The translations under genes were made by a program, and so were the position numbers. A DNA stretch of 64,000 nt, taken from Bdellovibrionales bacterium. GTDB taxonomy: Bacteria; Bdellovibrionota; UBA1018; CAIMNF01. The notes beneath the pieces are model-generated. The model saw nothing but the letters and a program-made list of their open reading frames with translations, did not search any database and had not been told where the DNA came from. Below, in pieces: positions 48,054 through 56,260 of the stretch (within the stretch, counting starts at the first letter, position 1; every line of letters starts with the position of its first letter). The DNA is taken from assembly GCA_040380025.1 (NCBI GenBank), contig JBEIJY010000002.1, positions 64,001-128,000 of the forward strand, written 5' to 3'.

Positions 48054-50426
48054 TTACCAATAGGGCACCGTCCGGTAGAACACCGAGGTGTCGAATCTTT
48101 GGGATGCCCCGAAGCCCCATTCCGAGGCCCGCTGGCTGAATCCCATGGTCATGAACAGCGTCTCATCGGCGAGGAGCTTCGCGCTCAGTTTCCGTTCGAG
48201 CGGGTCAGGGGAGTTCGGATCGAGAGTGATCGAATTCAAACCCTCTTTGAACTTCAGATGCCGGTTGTAGACGATCACCTCGATCGCATCTTTTTTGTGT
48301 CGTCTCGACATCGGCTGAATCCGAAAGTACAAAAACTCCGGCGTTTTGCTCAAATTGAAGTGAATCACGGTTCTTCCAAGCGCATCACGCGAAGAATAGA
48401 ACGACCGCACGAGGGCCTCGGGGTCTTGCGCGGTCCGTTCGGTCTCGGTTCCCATTCCCATCGATTGCGACGAGATCCGGAGCGTGTTTTCCATCGCGGT
48501 CGGCGTGTGCCCGCGCACCTGGATGTTCCCGAAGGCCGGATTCTGCGCCACCAAGAACCGTTCATAGGTGCCGTTCGGGAGTCCCTCCATCAGCAGAATC
48601 GGATACAACTCCGAACGCCCCTGATTGGCAAAAAGACGCGTGAGTGCCGCATGTTCGGCCTGTGCATCCCCGCGAAGAAAAGCTTCGCGCGCCTCCTCGA
48701 ACCAGCGTTGCTTGAGTCTCAGGCCGAGTCCCTTTGCACGGCGGTCGATTTCTTCCCACGGGGTCTCGAGGAAGCGCCGGAGGCCCGAGAGCTTGAAGGT
48801 CATTCCGAAGTAAAACGAGCTTCTTCCGTAAAACAGTCGTCTTCCCAGTTTTTTTCCCGGAGCGGGCGGCGCCCGGCGGGGAAATCGCGGAAAAATCCCT
48901 TTCAGTCCCAAATCGGTTTCGACCCGTCCCACGTACCGGTTCAGCGAGGCGGCCATGGTGTAAGAGTCATCGATGGAGTTCTCGGACATCAGCACGAACG
49001 AGTCCTCGAGCTTCTCGCGGAACGCCTGATCATCGATCAGAATCGAGGTGCGATGGGTGACGCGTTCCCCGCTTCCGACAAAATCGTATTCCCGCGAGCG
49101 GGACTTCACGGACTGAAAAAATCGCTTCTCTCCGTCCGGGAGTTCGATCTCGGTCGTGATTTTTTGCGAGCCCCGCGCGACACTGAACCGGATCACCGGG
49201 CTTGCACGCCCGCTGAATTCGGCGTTGTGGAGGTGCCGGTCGGTTTTTCGGCGGTACAACCGCTCGACCGGAGGTCGCCCTTCTTCGGGTATCATCGCAG
49301 AGAGCTCGCTTGACCGGATGAACGAGCCCAGCACCGCACGATGATACGCATCCCTTCCCTCGGGCGACTCGAGATCGTAGCGGTATCCGACATCGAGGCC
49401 GATCTCGCGCGCATTGGTCGCCGTGAACTGAAACGGCGTGATGGTGGGGCTCAGGCGTCCCACGGTGGTTTCGATGCTCGAACCTTTGAACAGAACAAAT
49501 CCTTGAAATACCCCCGGAAAGCCAAGTCTTGTTCCCGCCGTGACCTTGAGCTGATCGCCCTTCAGGCGGCTGATCCGGACTTTCGCGTAGCGATCGTCTT
49601 CTTTCATGATCGCGATCTGGTAACTGCCCGTAAAATGGAACTCCACGCCGACTCCCGCGTAGCCCTCGATCAGGGGTACGGGCGACACATTCCAGCCGAA
49701 ATCCCCCCCGAAGCCCGCGGTGCCCGAGACGGTGTAGCTGATGATCTCGTTCTTCTTCATGCGCTTCTTCACGCAGTTCGCATGAAAGGGGATTTTGAAG
49801 GGGAGCTTTACGAGATTCAACACATCCCGGAGCTTTACCCGCATCGCCGCATCGAGCGGACTGGAGTTCAGGTACGGGTTCAGGTCTTCGATGTCGGCCT
49901 CGTCGCCCGGGCCCGCGTTCTCGAAATCGAGGGCCTCCTTGGTGCGGGCTTTTTCGGGGCTCATCTGCCGGATGTTCCGGATCTCGAATGAGCCATCGAC
50001 CCCGAGGCGCATTCCGCCCACGGGGAACTGCAGAACCTGATCGGGAATCCGCTCGGGGGGGCCCACGGTCAGGTCCGCGCCGACGATGCGCGAAGCGAGG
50101 CGGATCGAGAACGAGTCGATCACCGTCCAGGTGTTCAGGGTGTCGTAGTTGTTGAAGATGTTGCGTCCGATGCGGACCGCGCCCGAGCCGATTCCGGGAA
50201 TGTCGCTGTCATACAGGGGAATCGAGGTGTTTCCGTCGAAGAGGGCGTTCACGATCCGGTATTCGAGGGCTTCGCCCCGGGTCATCGAGGATTGGTAGAA
50301 CTCCTCGGGCCAGGGTCTTGGCTGGAAGTCGAAGCCCGGCGGAGGAGGGCGCGGCACTTCGATTTGTGCGAGCGCGATCCCCGGCATGGCCAGCAATGCC
50401 GCAAAGAAAATGCGAAGCAAATTCAC
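48054..50426 (-). CDS. Large secreted hypothetical protein (790 aa)
   Basis: Signal peptide ending ALA, GGAG upstream of GTG; long open frame. Confidence 0.75.
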   Translation of the reverse strand: MNLLRIFFAALLAMPGIALAQIEVPRPPPPGFDFQPRPWPEEFYQSSMTRGEALEYRIVNALFDGNTSIPLYDSDIPGIGSGAVRIGRNIFNNYDTLNTWTVIDSFSIRLASRIVGADLTVGPPERIPDQVLQFPVGGMRLGVDGSFEIRNIRQMSPEKARTKEALDFENAGPGDEADIEDLNPYLNSSPLDAAMRVKLRDVLNLVKLPFKIPFHANCVKKRMKKNEIISYTVSGTAGFGGDFGWNVSPVPLIEGYAGVGVEFHFTGSYQIAIMKEDDRYAKVRISRLKGDQLKVTAGTRLGFPGVFQGFVLFKGSSIETTVGRLSPTITPFQFTATNAREIGLDVGYRYDLESPEGRDAYHRAVLGSFIRSSELSAMIPEEGRPPVERLYRRKTDRHLHNAEFSGRASPVIRFSVARGSQKITTEIELPDGEKRFFQSVKSRSREYDFVGSGERVTHRTSILIDDQAFREKLEDSFVLMSENSIDDSYTMAASLNRYVGRVETDLGLKGIFPRFPRRAPPAPGKKLGRRLFYGRSSFYFGMTFKLSGLRRFLETPWEEIDRRAKGLGLRLKQRWFEEAREAFLRGDAQAEHAALTRLFANQGRSELYPILLMEGLPNGTYERFLVAQNPAFGNIQVRGHTPTAMENTLRISSQSMGMGTETERTAQDPEALVRSFYSSRDALGRTVIHFNLSKTPEFLYFRIQPMSRRHKKDAIEVIVYNRHLKFKEGLNSITLDPNSPDPLERKLSAKLLADETLFMTMGFSQRASEWGFGASQRFDTSVFYRTVPYW

Positions 50427-50492
50427 CCTCCCGAATGAACGATCCCGACAGCACCGTAAACCGGATTGATGTACCGAGTCGAGGGATTTTCA

Positions 50493-50689
50493 AAACTGCT
50501 CCATTTGATTGCGCCTCATTTGGAATTTGGGTTGAGAATGCACCCGAACAGAAAAACGATTTTGCCTCCGAGCCGGGTCCTCCGGCCTCGCTTTCGCCAT
50601 CCTGGCTCGCGAGAGTCGGCAAACTCCTTTTTCTGCCCGGGTACATTCTCAACCCAAGTTCCGATGGGCACAATCAAATGGGGCAGTTT
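50493..50689 (-). repeat. Long fold-back element B (inverted relative to A)
   Basis: About 70-nt inverted arms; 50560-50598 is the exact reverse complement of 47257-47295. Confidence 0.8.
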
Positions 50690-50705
50690 GTGGTATACGG
50701 CCTCG

Positions 50706-51662
50706 ATGGAATTTCAAATCCTGATGACCAATCTCACGAATCCGACTCTTTTGTTTTTTGTTCTCGGTGCCTTTGCGGCACTCGTAAAGAGCGATCTCGA
50801 GATCCCTCCCCACACGATCAAGTTCATCTCGCTCTATTTGTTGTTCTCGATCGGATTCCGAGGCGGGCAGGAGCTCGCGCACAGCGGCTTCACCACCGAG
50901 GTCCTGCTGGCCCTCGGCTTTGGCGTCGTGCTGGCGACCGTGATTCCGATTTTCTTGTTTTTTGCGCTCAAAAGACGATTCTCGGTGGCCGATGCCGGCG
51001 CCATTGCCGCCACCTACGGATCGGTGAGCGCCGTGACCTTCGTGGCCGCGAACTCGTTTTTGGAGTTTCAGGGTCTCCATGCCGGGGGGCACATGGTGGC
51101 AGTCATGGCCGCGATGGAGGCTCCCGCGATCATCGTCGGGGTTTCGCTGATCAGCTGGTACGACCGGAGTACGCCGGTGTCGTTCAAGACGGTGCTTCAT
51201 CACTCGCTCACGAACGGGAGCATCCTGATGGTGGTGGGGAGCCTCGTGATCGGTCTGATTGCCGATGCCAAGCAGGCCGAGGGGATCCGGCCGTTCGCTT
51301 CAGATATCTTCAAGGGGTTTCTTGCGATCTTTCTGCTCGAGATGGGCATGGTCACCGTGAACCGGATCCGGACCTTTCTGCGCTATGGACCAGTGGCCTC
51401 GATCATCTCGACCGTGGTGCCGCTCTTGAACGGGGGCGTGGTCGCGTACGTGAGCCAATGGGTCACGGCCGATCCGGCGAACCGGTTTATGTTCTCGATT
51501 CTCGCCGCGAGCGGGTCTTACATTGCGGTTCCGGCCACCCTCCGGCTCGCGGTCCCGAAGGCCGATCCAGGCCTGTACATTCCGATGGCGCTCGGAATCA
51601 CCTTCCCGGTGAACCTTACGATCGGAATGCCGTTTTATTTTTGGATCGTGCACCGTCTCTAG
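50706..51662 (+). CDS. sbtA: Sodium-dependent bicarbonate transporter family permease
   Basis: SDLEIP, IGFRGG, ATYGSVSAVTF, MEAPAI, FLLEMG, SYIAVPA, GITFP; ATG 50706. Confidence 0.92.
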   Translation: MEFQILMTNLTNPTLLFFVLGAFAALVKSDLEIPPHTIKFISLYLLFSIGFRGGQELAHSGFTTEVLLALGFGVVLATVIPIFLFFALKRRFSVADAGAIAATYGSVSAVTFVAANSFLEFQGLHAGGHMVAVMAAMEAPAIIVGVSLISWYDRSTPVSFKTVLHHSLTNGSILMVVGSLVIGLIADAKQAEGIRPFASDIFKGFLAIFLLEMGMVTVNRIRTFLRYGPVASIISTVVPLLNGGVVAYVSQWVTADPANRFMFSILAASGSYIAVPATLRLAVPKADPGLYIPMALGITFPVNLTIGMPFYFWIVHRL

Positions 51663-51719
51663 GTTTAAAGGCCGATAAATTCGATCTGATAATCAAAGTT
51701 GATTCACGAATAAAAAAAC

Positions 51720-51746
51720 TAAAGGTTTCTGAACTCATGCCGAAAG
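51720..51746 (+). promoter_or_regulatory. Sigma-28 (FliA)-like promoter
   Basis: TAAA-N15-GCCGAAAG (exact spacing; 6/8 match to GCCGATAA). Confidence 0.6.
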
Positions 51747-51751
51747 GAAGG

Positions 51752-51891
51752 TGTCTGAGCTGGAGGTGCTTTGGTGGGTACTCAAAGGCTCGGGCACTTG
51801 ACTGGGGGCCGTTCCACTTTTTGAAACGAAGGAACCAAGACTGAGGTGGTTCCGACGGGTACAGCGAGGTGGTGACGGCTCCTTTTTTTTT
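51752..51891 (+). ncRNA. Candidate ~140-nt structured small RNA
   Basis: Lies between a sigma-28-like promoter and a T9 tract; two long G-U-rich hairpins; no credible ORF. Confidence 0.55.
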
Positions 51892-51907
51892 CGCTAGTCT
51901 CAGATCC

Positions 51908-52345
51908 ATGTCCATTCGAGTCAGCCTGAACCACATCGGGATCGCCACCGAGCGGGGGAATACCCGTCTCGAAACCCTGTTTCGTCTTTTGAATATCCGT
52001 CACGCCGAAAGCGAAGTCGTCGAAGAGCAGGGGGTGAATGTGCACTTTTTCGAGCTTCAGGGGGAGCCGCCTCACTTGGAGCTTCTTGAGGTCATGGATC
52101 CCGAGGGGGCGGTGGCCAAGTTCATCGCCAAGCGCGGGCCGGGGGTGCATCATCTTTCGTTCCAGGTCGAGTCGGGAGGCCTGGACCCCCTGTGCGAGAC
52201 CTTAAAAAAAGAGGGATTCCGCTTCATTTACGATTCTCCGCAGCGCGGAGCCCGGAACATGCGAATCCATTTCATTCATCCTGCCACTGCGGGCGGGGTG
52301 CTCGTCGAACTCATGGAGGCGGCCCATGCCCATCCGGCTCAGTGA
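51908..52345 (+). CDS. VOC family protein, methylmalonyl-CoA epimerase-like
   Basis: HIGIA, EQGV, ELLE, KFI.KRG.GVHH, FIHP...GGVLVEL. Confidence 0.85.
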   Translation: MSIRVSLNHIGIATERGNTRLETLFRLLNIRHAESEVVEEQGVNVHFFELQGEPPHLELLEVMDPEGAVAKFIAKRGPGVHHLSFQVESGGLDPLCETLKKEGFRFIYDSPQRGARNMRIHFIHPATAGGVLVELMEAAHAHPAQ

Positions 52346-53039
52346 GACACTAAAGCGTCTTTTGATCGTTTATGTCGTCGTATTCGTGATCCAGCAAACG
52401 ATCGATCAGTTTTTCGGCGGCCATCTGAAGGCCTATCTCGCGCTGATTCCGAACGCGGTTCTGGGCGGGTATGTCTGGCAGATCCTGACCTACGGTTTTC
52501 TTCATGCCGATGTCATGCACCTTCTTTTGAACCTGCTGGTGCTCGCGTTCGTCGGATCCGACATCGAGTCGGTCTGGGGGCGGAGGAAGTTCCTGATTTA
52601 CTACTTCTTTTGTGTTCTTTCGGCCGGATTGTTTTATCTGATCGTGCAGTTCCTGATCTCGAACCCCTTGTACCTGTCGCTTCCCATGTTGGGAGCCTCG
52701 GGGGGGATTTATGGCCTTCTGTACGCCTATGGAGTGCTTTTTCCCGACCGCGAGATGCTTCTCATGATGCTGTTCCCGATCCGGGCGCGGCAGTTTGTCT
52801 GGGTTCTGGCGGGGATCGAGTTTTTGCAGGCGATCTACTCCGGACAGGGCGGACTGGGTGCGATCGCCCATCTTTCGGGCATGGGGGCCGGATTTTTGTA
52901 CCTGTATTTTGAGGCGCGGGGGCTCCGGCTTCCACGGGGTTCGTCGAATCCGTCCGGCCCTGCGAAAAAGAAGAACAGTCATCTCCGGCTCGTGAAAGAC
53001 GAAGACGACCAGACCAAAGGCCCGAAGACCTGGCACTGA
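52326..53039 (+). CDS. Rhomboid family intramembrane serine protease
   Basis: WQILTYGFLH, HLLLN, GASG, AHLSG. Confidence 0.93.
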   Translation: MPIRLSETLKRLLIVYVVVFVIQQTIDQFFGGHLKAYLALIPNAVLGGYVWQILTYGFLHADVMHLLLNLLVLAFVGSDIESVWGRRKFLIYYFFCVLSAGLFYLIVQFLISNPLYLSLPMLGASGGIYGLLYAYGVLFPDREMLLMMLFPIRARQFVWVLAGIEFLQAIYSGQGGLGAIAHLSGMGAGFLYLYFEARGLRLPRGSSNPSGPAKKKNSHLRLVKDEDDQTKGPKTWH

Positions 53040-53080
53040 TCGGTTTTGATCGGTACGGATCGGGGGCCGTCCCCCTTGCG

Positions 53081-53109
53081 TTGACTTATCTGCGGATTTC
53101 CTTTATGTT
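53081..53109 (+). promoter_or_regulatory. Sigma-70-like promoter
   Basis: TTGACT-N17-TATGTT, ending 8 nt before ATG 53118. Confidence 0.6.
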
Positions 53110-53117
53110 TTGACGCT

Positions 53118-53297
53118 ATGTCATTACTTCACGAAGCCATTTCTGATAAAAAATTCGACGTCCGTGTGCTCGAAAAAAACCTGGTCCGCAATGTCGTCAC
53201 CGACAAAGACGTGAAGTCGTTCGTGGAGCGTCTTCCGGATGATGCCGAGAACGCGACTTTCATCAGCCTCGACGAGATCGCCGAGCAAAAAAAATAA
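53118..53297 (+). CDS. Small hypothetical protein (59 aa, missing from ORF track)
   Basis: Hand translation MSLLHEAISDKKFDVRVLEKNLVRNVVTDKDVKSFVERLPDDAENATFISLDEIAEQKK; own promoter; fills the gap before trxB. Confidence 0.75.
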   Translation: MSLLHEAISDKKFDVRVLEKNLVRNVVTDKDVKSFVERLPDDAENATFISLDEIAEQKK

Positions 53298-53321
53298 TTC
53301 CTCGATTCAGAGGGGGTCATC

Positions 53322-54299
53322 ATGAGTCACGCCGCAATCACGCCGGCCCAGCCTCCGGCAGACGGAATTGAGAACGTTGTCATTTTGGGCACAGGCCCCG
53401 CAGGGTTGACCGCGGCCATCTACGCGGCTCGCGCGAATCTCGCCCCTCTTTGTGTCGAGGGCACTCAGCCCGGCGGACAGCTCACCATCACCACCGATGT
53501 CGAGAACTTCCCCGGATTCCCGAACGGTGTCATGGGACCCGAACTCATGCAGGGCTTTCGTTCCCAAGCAGAGCGTTTCGGCACCCGCTTCAAAACGGGC
53601 GATGTCCAGGCGGTGGATCTAAAGCAACGGCCTTACTCCCTGAGTCTCGCTGATGGCTCAATCGTGAAGACCCGGACCTTGATCATCTCGACTGGTGCAT
53701 CGGCGAAGTTGCTCGGACTGAAGAACGAATCCCGCCTCATGGGGCGCGGAGTTTCGGCATGCGCCACGTGCGACGGATTCTTTTTTCGCAACCAGGACAT
53801 CGCGATCGTGGGCGGTGGCGATACGGCCATGGAAGAGGCGAATTTCCTGACCCGGTTTGCAAAGTCCGTGACGCTCATCCATCGGCGCGATACCTTTCGC
53901 GCCTCGAAGGTCATGCAGGACCGCACCCGCCGGAATCCGAAAATCCGCTTTATTCTCGACACCGCGGTCGAAGACGTCCTGGGCGAGAATGAGGTGACCG
54001 GACTGAAGCTGCGGAATCTGAAGACGGGCGAAGCGAGCGAGCTTCCCGTGACCGGATTCTTCGTGGCCATCGGGCACCAACCGAACACCAAGCTCTTCCA
54101 GGACCAGCTCGAGATGAACGATGCCGGATATCTCGTGATTCAGGCCGGAACGACGAAGACGCGCATTCCCGGCGTTTTTGCTGCGGGCGACGTGGCCGAC
54201 CCTGTGTATCGGCAGGCGGTCACCGCGGCAGGTACGGGTTGCATGGCCGCGATCGATGCCGAACGGTATCTCGAGAGCGAACACTCGGGCTCCCACTAG
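53322..54299 (+). CDS. trxB: Thioredoxin-disulfide reductase
   Basis: GTGPAG, GGQL, VENFPG, CATCDG, GGGDTA, YRQAVTAAG. Confidence 0.97.
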   Translation: MSHAAITPAQPPADGIENVVILGTGPAGLTAAIYAARANLAPLCVEGTQPGGQLTITTDVENFPGFPNGVMGPELMQGFRSQAERFGTRFKTGDVQAVDLKQRPYSLSLADGSIVKTRTLIISTGASAKLLGLKNESRLMGRGVSACATCDGFFFRNQDIAIVGGGDTAMEEANFLTRFAKSVTLIHRRDTFRASKVMQDRTRRNPKIRFILDTAVEDVLGENEVTGLKLRNLKTGEASELPVTGFFVAIGHQPNTKLFQDQLEMNDAGYLVIQAGTTKTRIPGVFAAGDVADPVYRQAVTAAGTGCMAAIDAERYLESEHSGSH

Positions 54300-54323
54300 G
54301 CGGGATTCTCTCAAGGAGGGGCA

Positions 54324-55571
54324 GTGAGCTCAACGCGTCTCAAGCTGTCGCTCGAAATCGCACTCCGCTTCCTCGTTTCGAAAAGTCGCGGGAATTTTCT
54401 CTCTTTCATTTCTTTGGTTTCGATCTCAGGCGTCTGCATCGGCGTTCTGGCCCTTCTCGTGGTGACCAGTGTGGTGAACGGCTTTGAGAACGAGCTCACG
54501 CGCGTGATCTCCGGCACGCAAGGCGATGTGCTTTTTTACACCCGTGGCGCTCCGATCCGGGACCGGAAGGATCTCGAGCGCAAGATCCGCGAGCTTTCCC
54601 CGCAAGCGGGTTCCATCACCGGCTCGTTCGTGAGCGAGGTGATGTTCCACGGTCCCGAAGGCGTTGCCGGCGGGGTTCTTGAGGGAGTGGATCTTCCGAC
54701 CTGGCCCTCGGTCATCGAAATCAAAAGCAGGATCCAAGGCGAGGGCGCATTGCCCGAAAAGGACGAAGAGATTCTTCTCGGCTCCGCCCTGGCCGAGCGC
54801 CTGGGCGTGAAAATCGGGGATTCGATCCGCGTGATTCTTCCGTTTTCGAGCATGGACGAGGACGAGAGCGGAGCGGGAACCCCGAAGGTCCAGGATTTCA
54901 GGCTGGTCGGGATCGTGCACCTCGGAATGTATGATTACGATTCGAAGTATGCGTACGCGCCTCTTCCCTCGGTTCAGCGGTTGGTCTACGGCGAGGATCG
55001 CGATTTCATCACGACCTTCCGAATGAGGCTCGAGGAACCCTCGATGGCGGCGTCCGTGGCGCAAGGGCTTTCCGGGCATTTCGGTTACCCGTACCGGGTG
55101 CGCGACTGGAGCCAGCTGAATCGCAATCTTCTTTATGCGATCCGGCTCGAAAAGGCCGTGATCGCCGTTCTGCTCACGGCGATCATGGTGGTGGCGGCCT
55201 TCAATGTGATCAGTGCGCTCCTGATGATGGTCCACGAAAAAGAAAAAGAGATCGCAATTCTCCGGGTGCTCGGAGTCCGCATGCGGGATCAGTTCTATCT
55301 GTTTTCGCTGATCGGTTCTTTTTTGGGCCTTGCGGGGACGGTTTTGGGAACCGTGCTCGGGCTGATCGCGACCTGGGTTCTGCGAAGCTCGCAGTTCATC
55401 CGGCTGCCGGCCGAGGTGTATCACCTCGAATACCTCCCGGTGATCATCCGCTGGACGGAGTGGTGCGCGATCGGCGTGCTCGCGTTCTTGATTTGTTTTT
55501 TGGCAACCGTGGGACCTGCTGCGCGGATCGCGCGCAGGAGCCCTGTCGAGGGACTGAGATGGACAACGTGA
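54324..55571 (+). CDS. Lipoprotein-releasing ABC permease (LolC/E family)
   Basis: SVVNGF, GMYDYD, VAAFNVIS, EIAILR..G; upstream of lolD. Confidence 0.92.
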   Translation: MSSTRLKLSLEIALRFLVSKSRGNFLSFISLVSISGVCIGVLALLVVTSVVNGFENELTRVISGTQGDVLFYTRGAPIRDRKDLERKIRELSPQAGSITGSFVSEVMFHGPEGVAGGVLEGVDLPTWPSVIEIKSRIQGEGALPEKDEEILLGSALAERLGVKIGDSIRVILPFSSMDEDESGAGTPKVQDFRLVGIVHLGMYDYDSKYAYAPLPSVQRLVYGEDRDFITTFRMRLEEPSMAASVAQGLSGHFGYPYRVRDWSQLNRNLLYAIRLEKAVIAVLLTAIMVVAAFNVISALLMMVHEKEKEIAILRVLGVRMRDQFYLFSLIGSFLGLAGTVLGTVLGLIATWVLRSSQFIRLPAEVYHLEYLPVIIRWTEWCAIGVLAFLICFLATVGPAARIARRSPVEGLRWTT

Positions 55572-56245
55572 TTCTAAGGGCCCGCGGCCTCTATCGGGAG
55601 TTCAAGAAAGAAAAAGAGCGCATTCCGGTGGTGAAGGGCGTCTCGCTCGATCTCGCCGCCGGAGACTGCGTTGCCATCATGGGCTCCTCGGGAGCGGGCA
55701 AGTCCACGCTCCTGCACATGCTGGGAACCCTTGACCGTCCGACGAGCGGGGAGCTTGCGTTCGCTCCTTTGTTTTCGGATGTGTGGAAGCTGTCCGATGA
55801 GGCGCTCTCGGATTTCCGGAACCGGAACATCGGGTTTGTGTTTCAGTTCCATTATCTTCTGCCCGAGTTCACGGCGCTCGAGAATGTCATGATGCCCGCC
55901 TTGATTTCGGGAATGGCCCGTCCCGAGGCCGAGACGAGGGCCCGGGGGCTTTTGGAGTTCGTGGGGCTCGGAAGCCGGCTCGAGCACAAGCCGGGCGAGC
56001 TCTCGGGCGGGGAACAGCAGCGGGTGGCGATCGCGCGAGCGGTGATTTTGAAGCCCAGAATCCTCCTGGGCGATGAGATGACCGGGAATCTCGACTCCGA
56101 GAACAGCAAGAAGGTCATCGATCTGCTGCTCGACCTGAACCGGCAGTTCGGGATCGCGATTCTGATCGTGACCCACGATCCCGAGGTCGCGGCCCGGATG
56201 AAGCGGGTGATCACGATGAAAGATGGAAAAATCACCAGTTCGTGA
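55559..56245 (+). CDS. lolD: Lipoprotein-releasing ABC ATPase
   Basis: GSSGAGKST, GFVFQFHYLL, LSGGEQQR, TGNLD. Confidence 0.92.
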   Translation: MDNVILRARGLYREFKKEKERIPVVKGVSLDLAAGDCVAIMGSSGAGKSTLLHMLGTLDRPTSGELAFAPLFSDVWKLSDEALSDFRNRNIGFVFQFHYLLPEFTALENVMMPALISGMARPEAETRARGLLEFVGLGSRLEHKPGELSGGEQQRVAIARAVILKPRILLGDEMTGNLDSENSKKVIDLLLDLNRQFGIAILIVTHDPEVAARMKRVITMKDGKITSS

Positions 56246-56260
56246 TACGAAGTAGGTCCC

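Noticed and set aside
45542..50689. Fold-back repeats as a CRISPR array or IS ends
   Set aside because: No regular repeat-spacer periodicity, cas gene, transposase or target-site duplication seen
51671..51678. Perfect GCCGATAA sigma-28 -10 box
   Set aside because: No TAAA-like -35 element at the required 15-nt spacing
51804..51882. SRP RNA or tmRNA (GGGGGCC start, long hairpin)
   Set aside because: Lacks the SRP CAGG..GNRA..AGCAG core and the tmRNA T-arm/CCA end, and is too short for tmRNA
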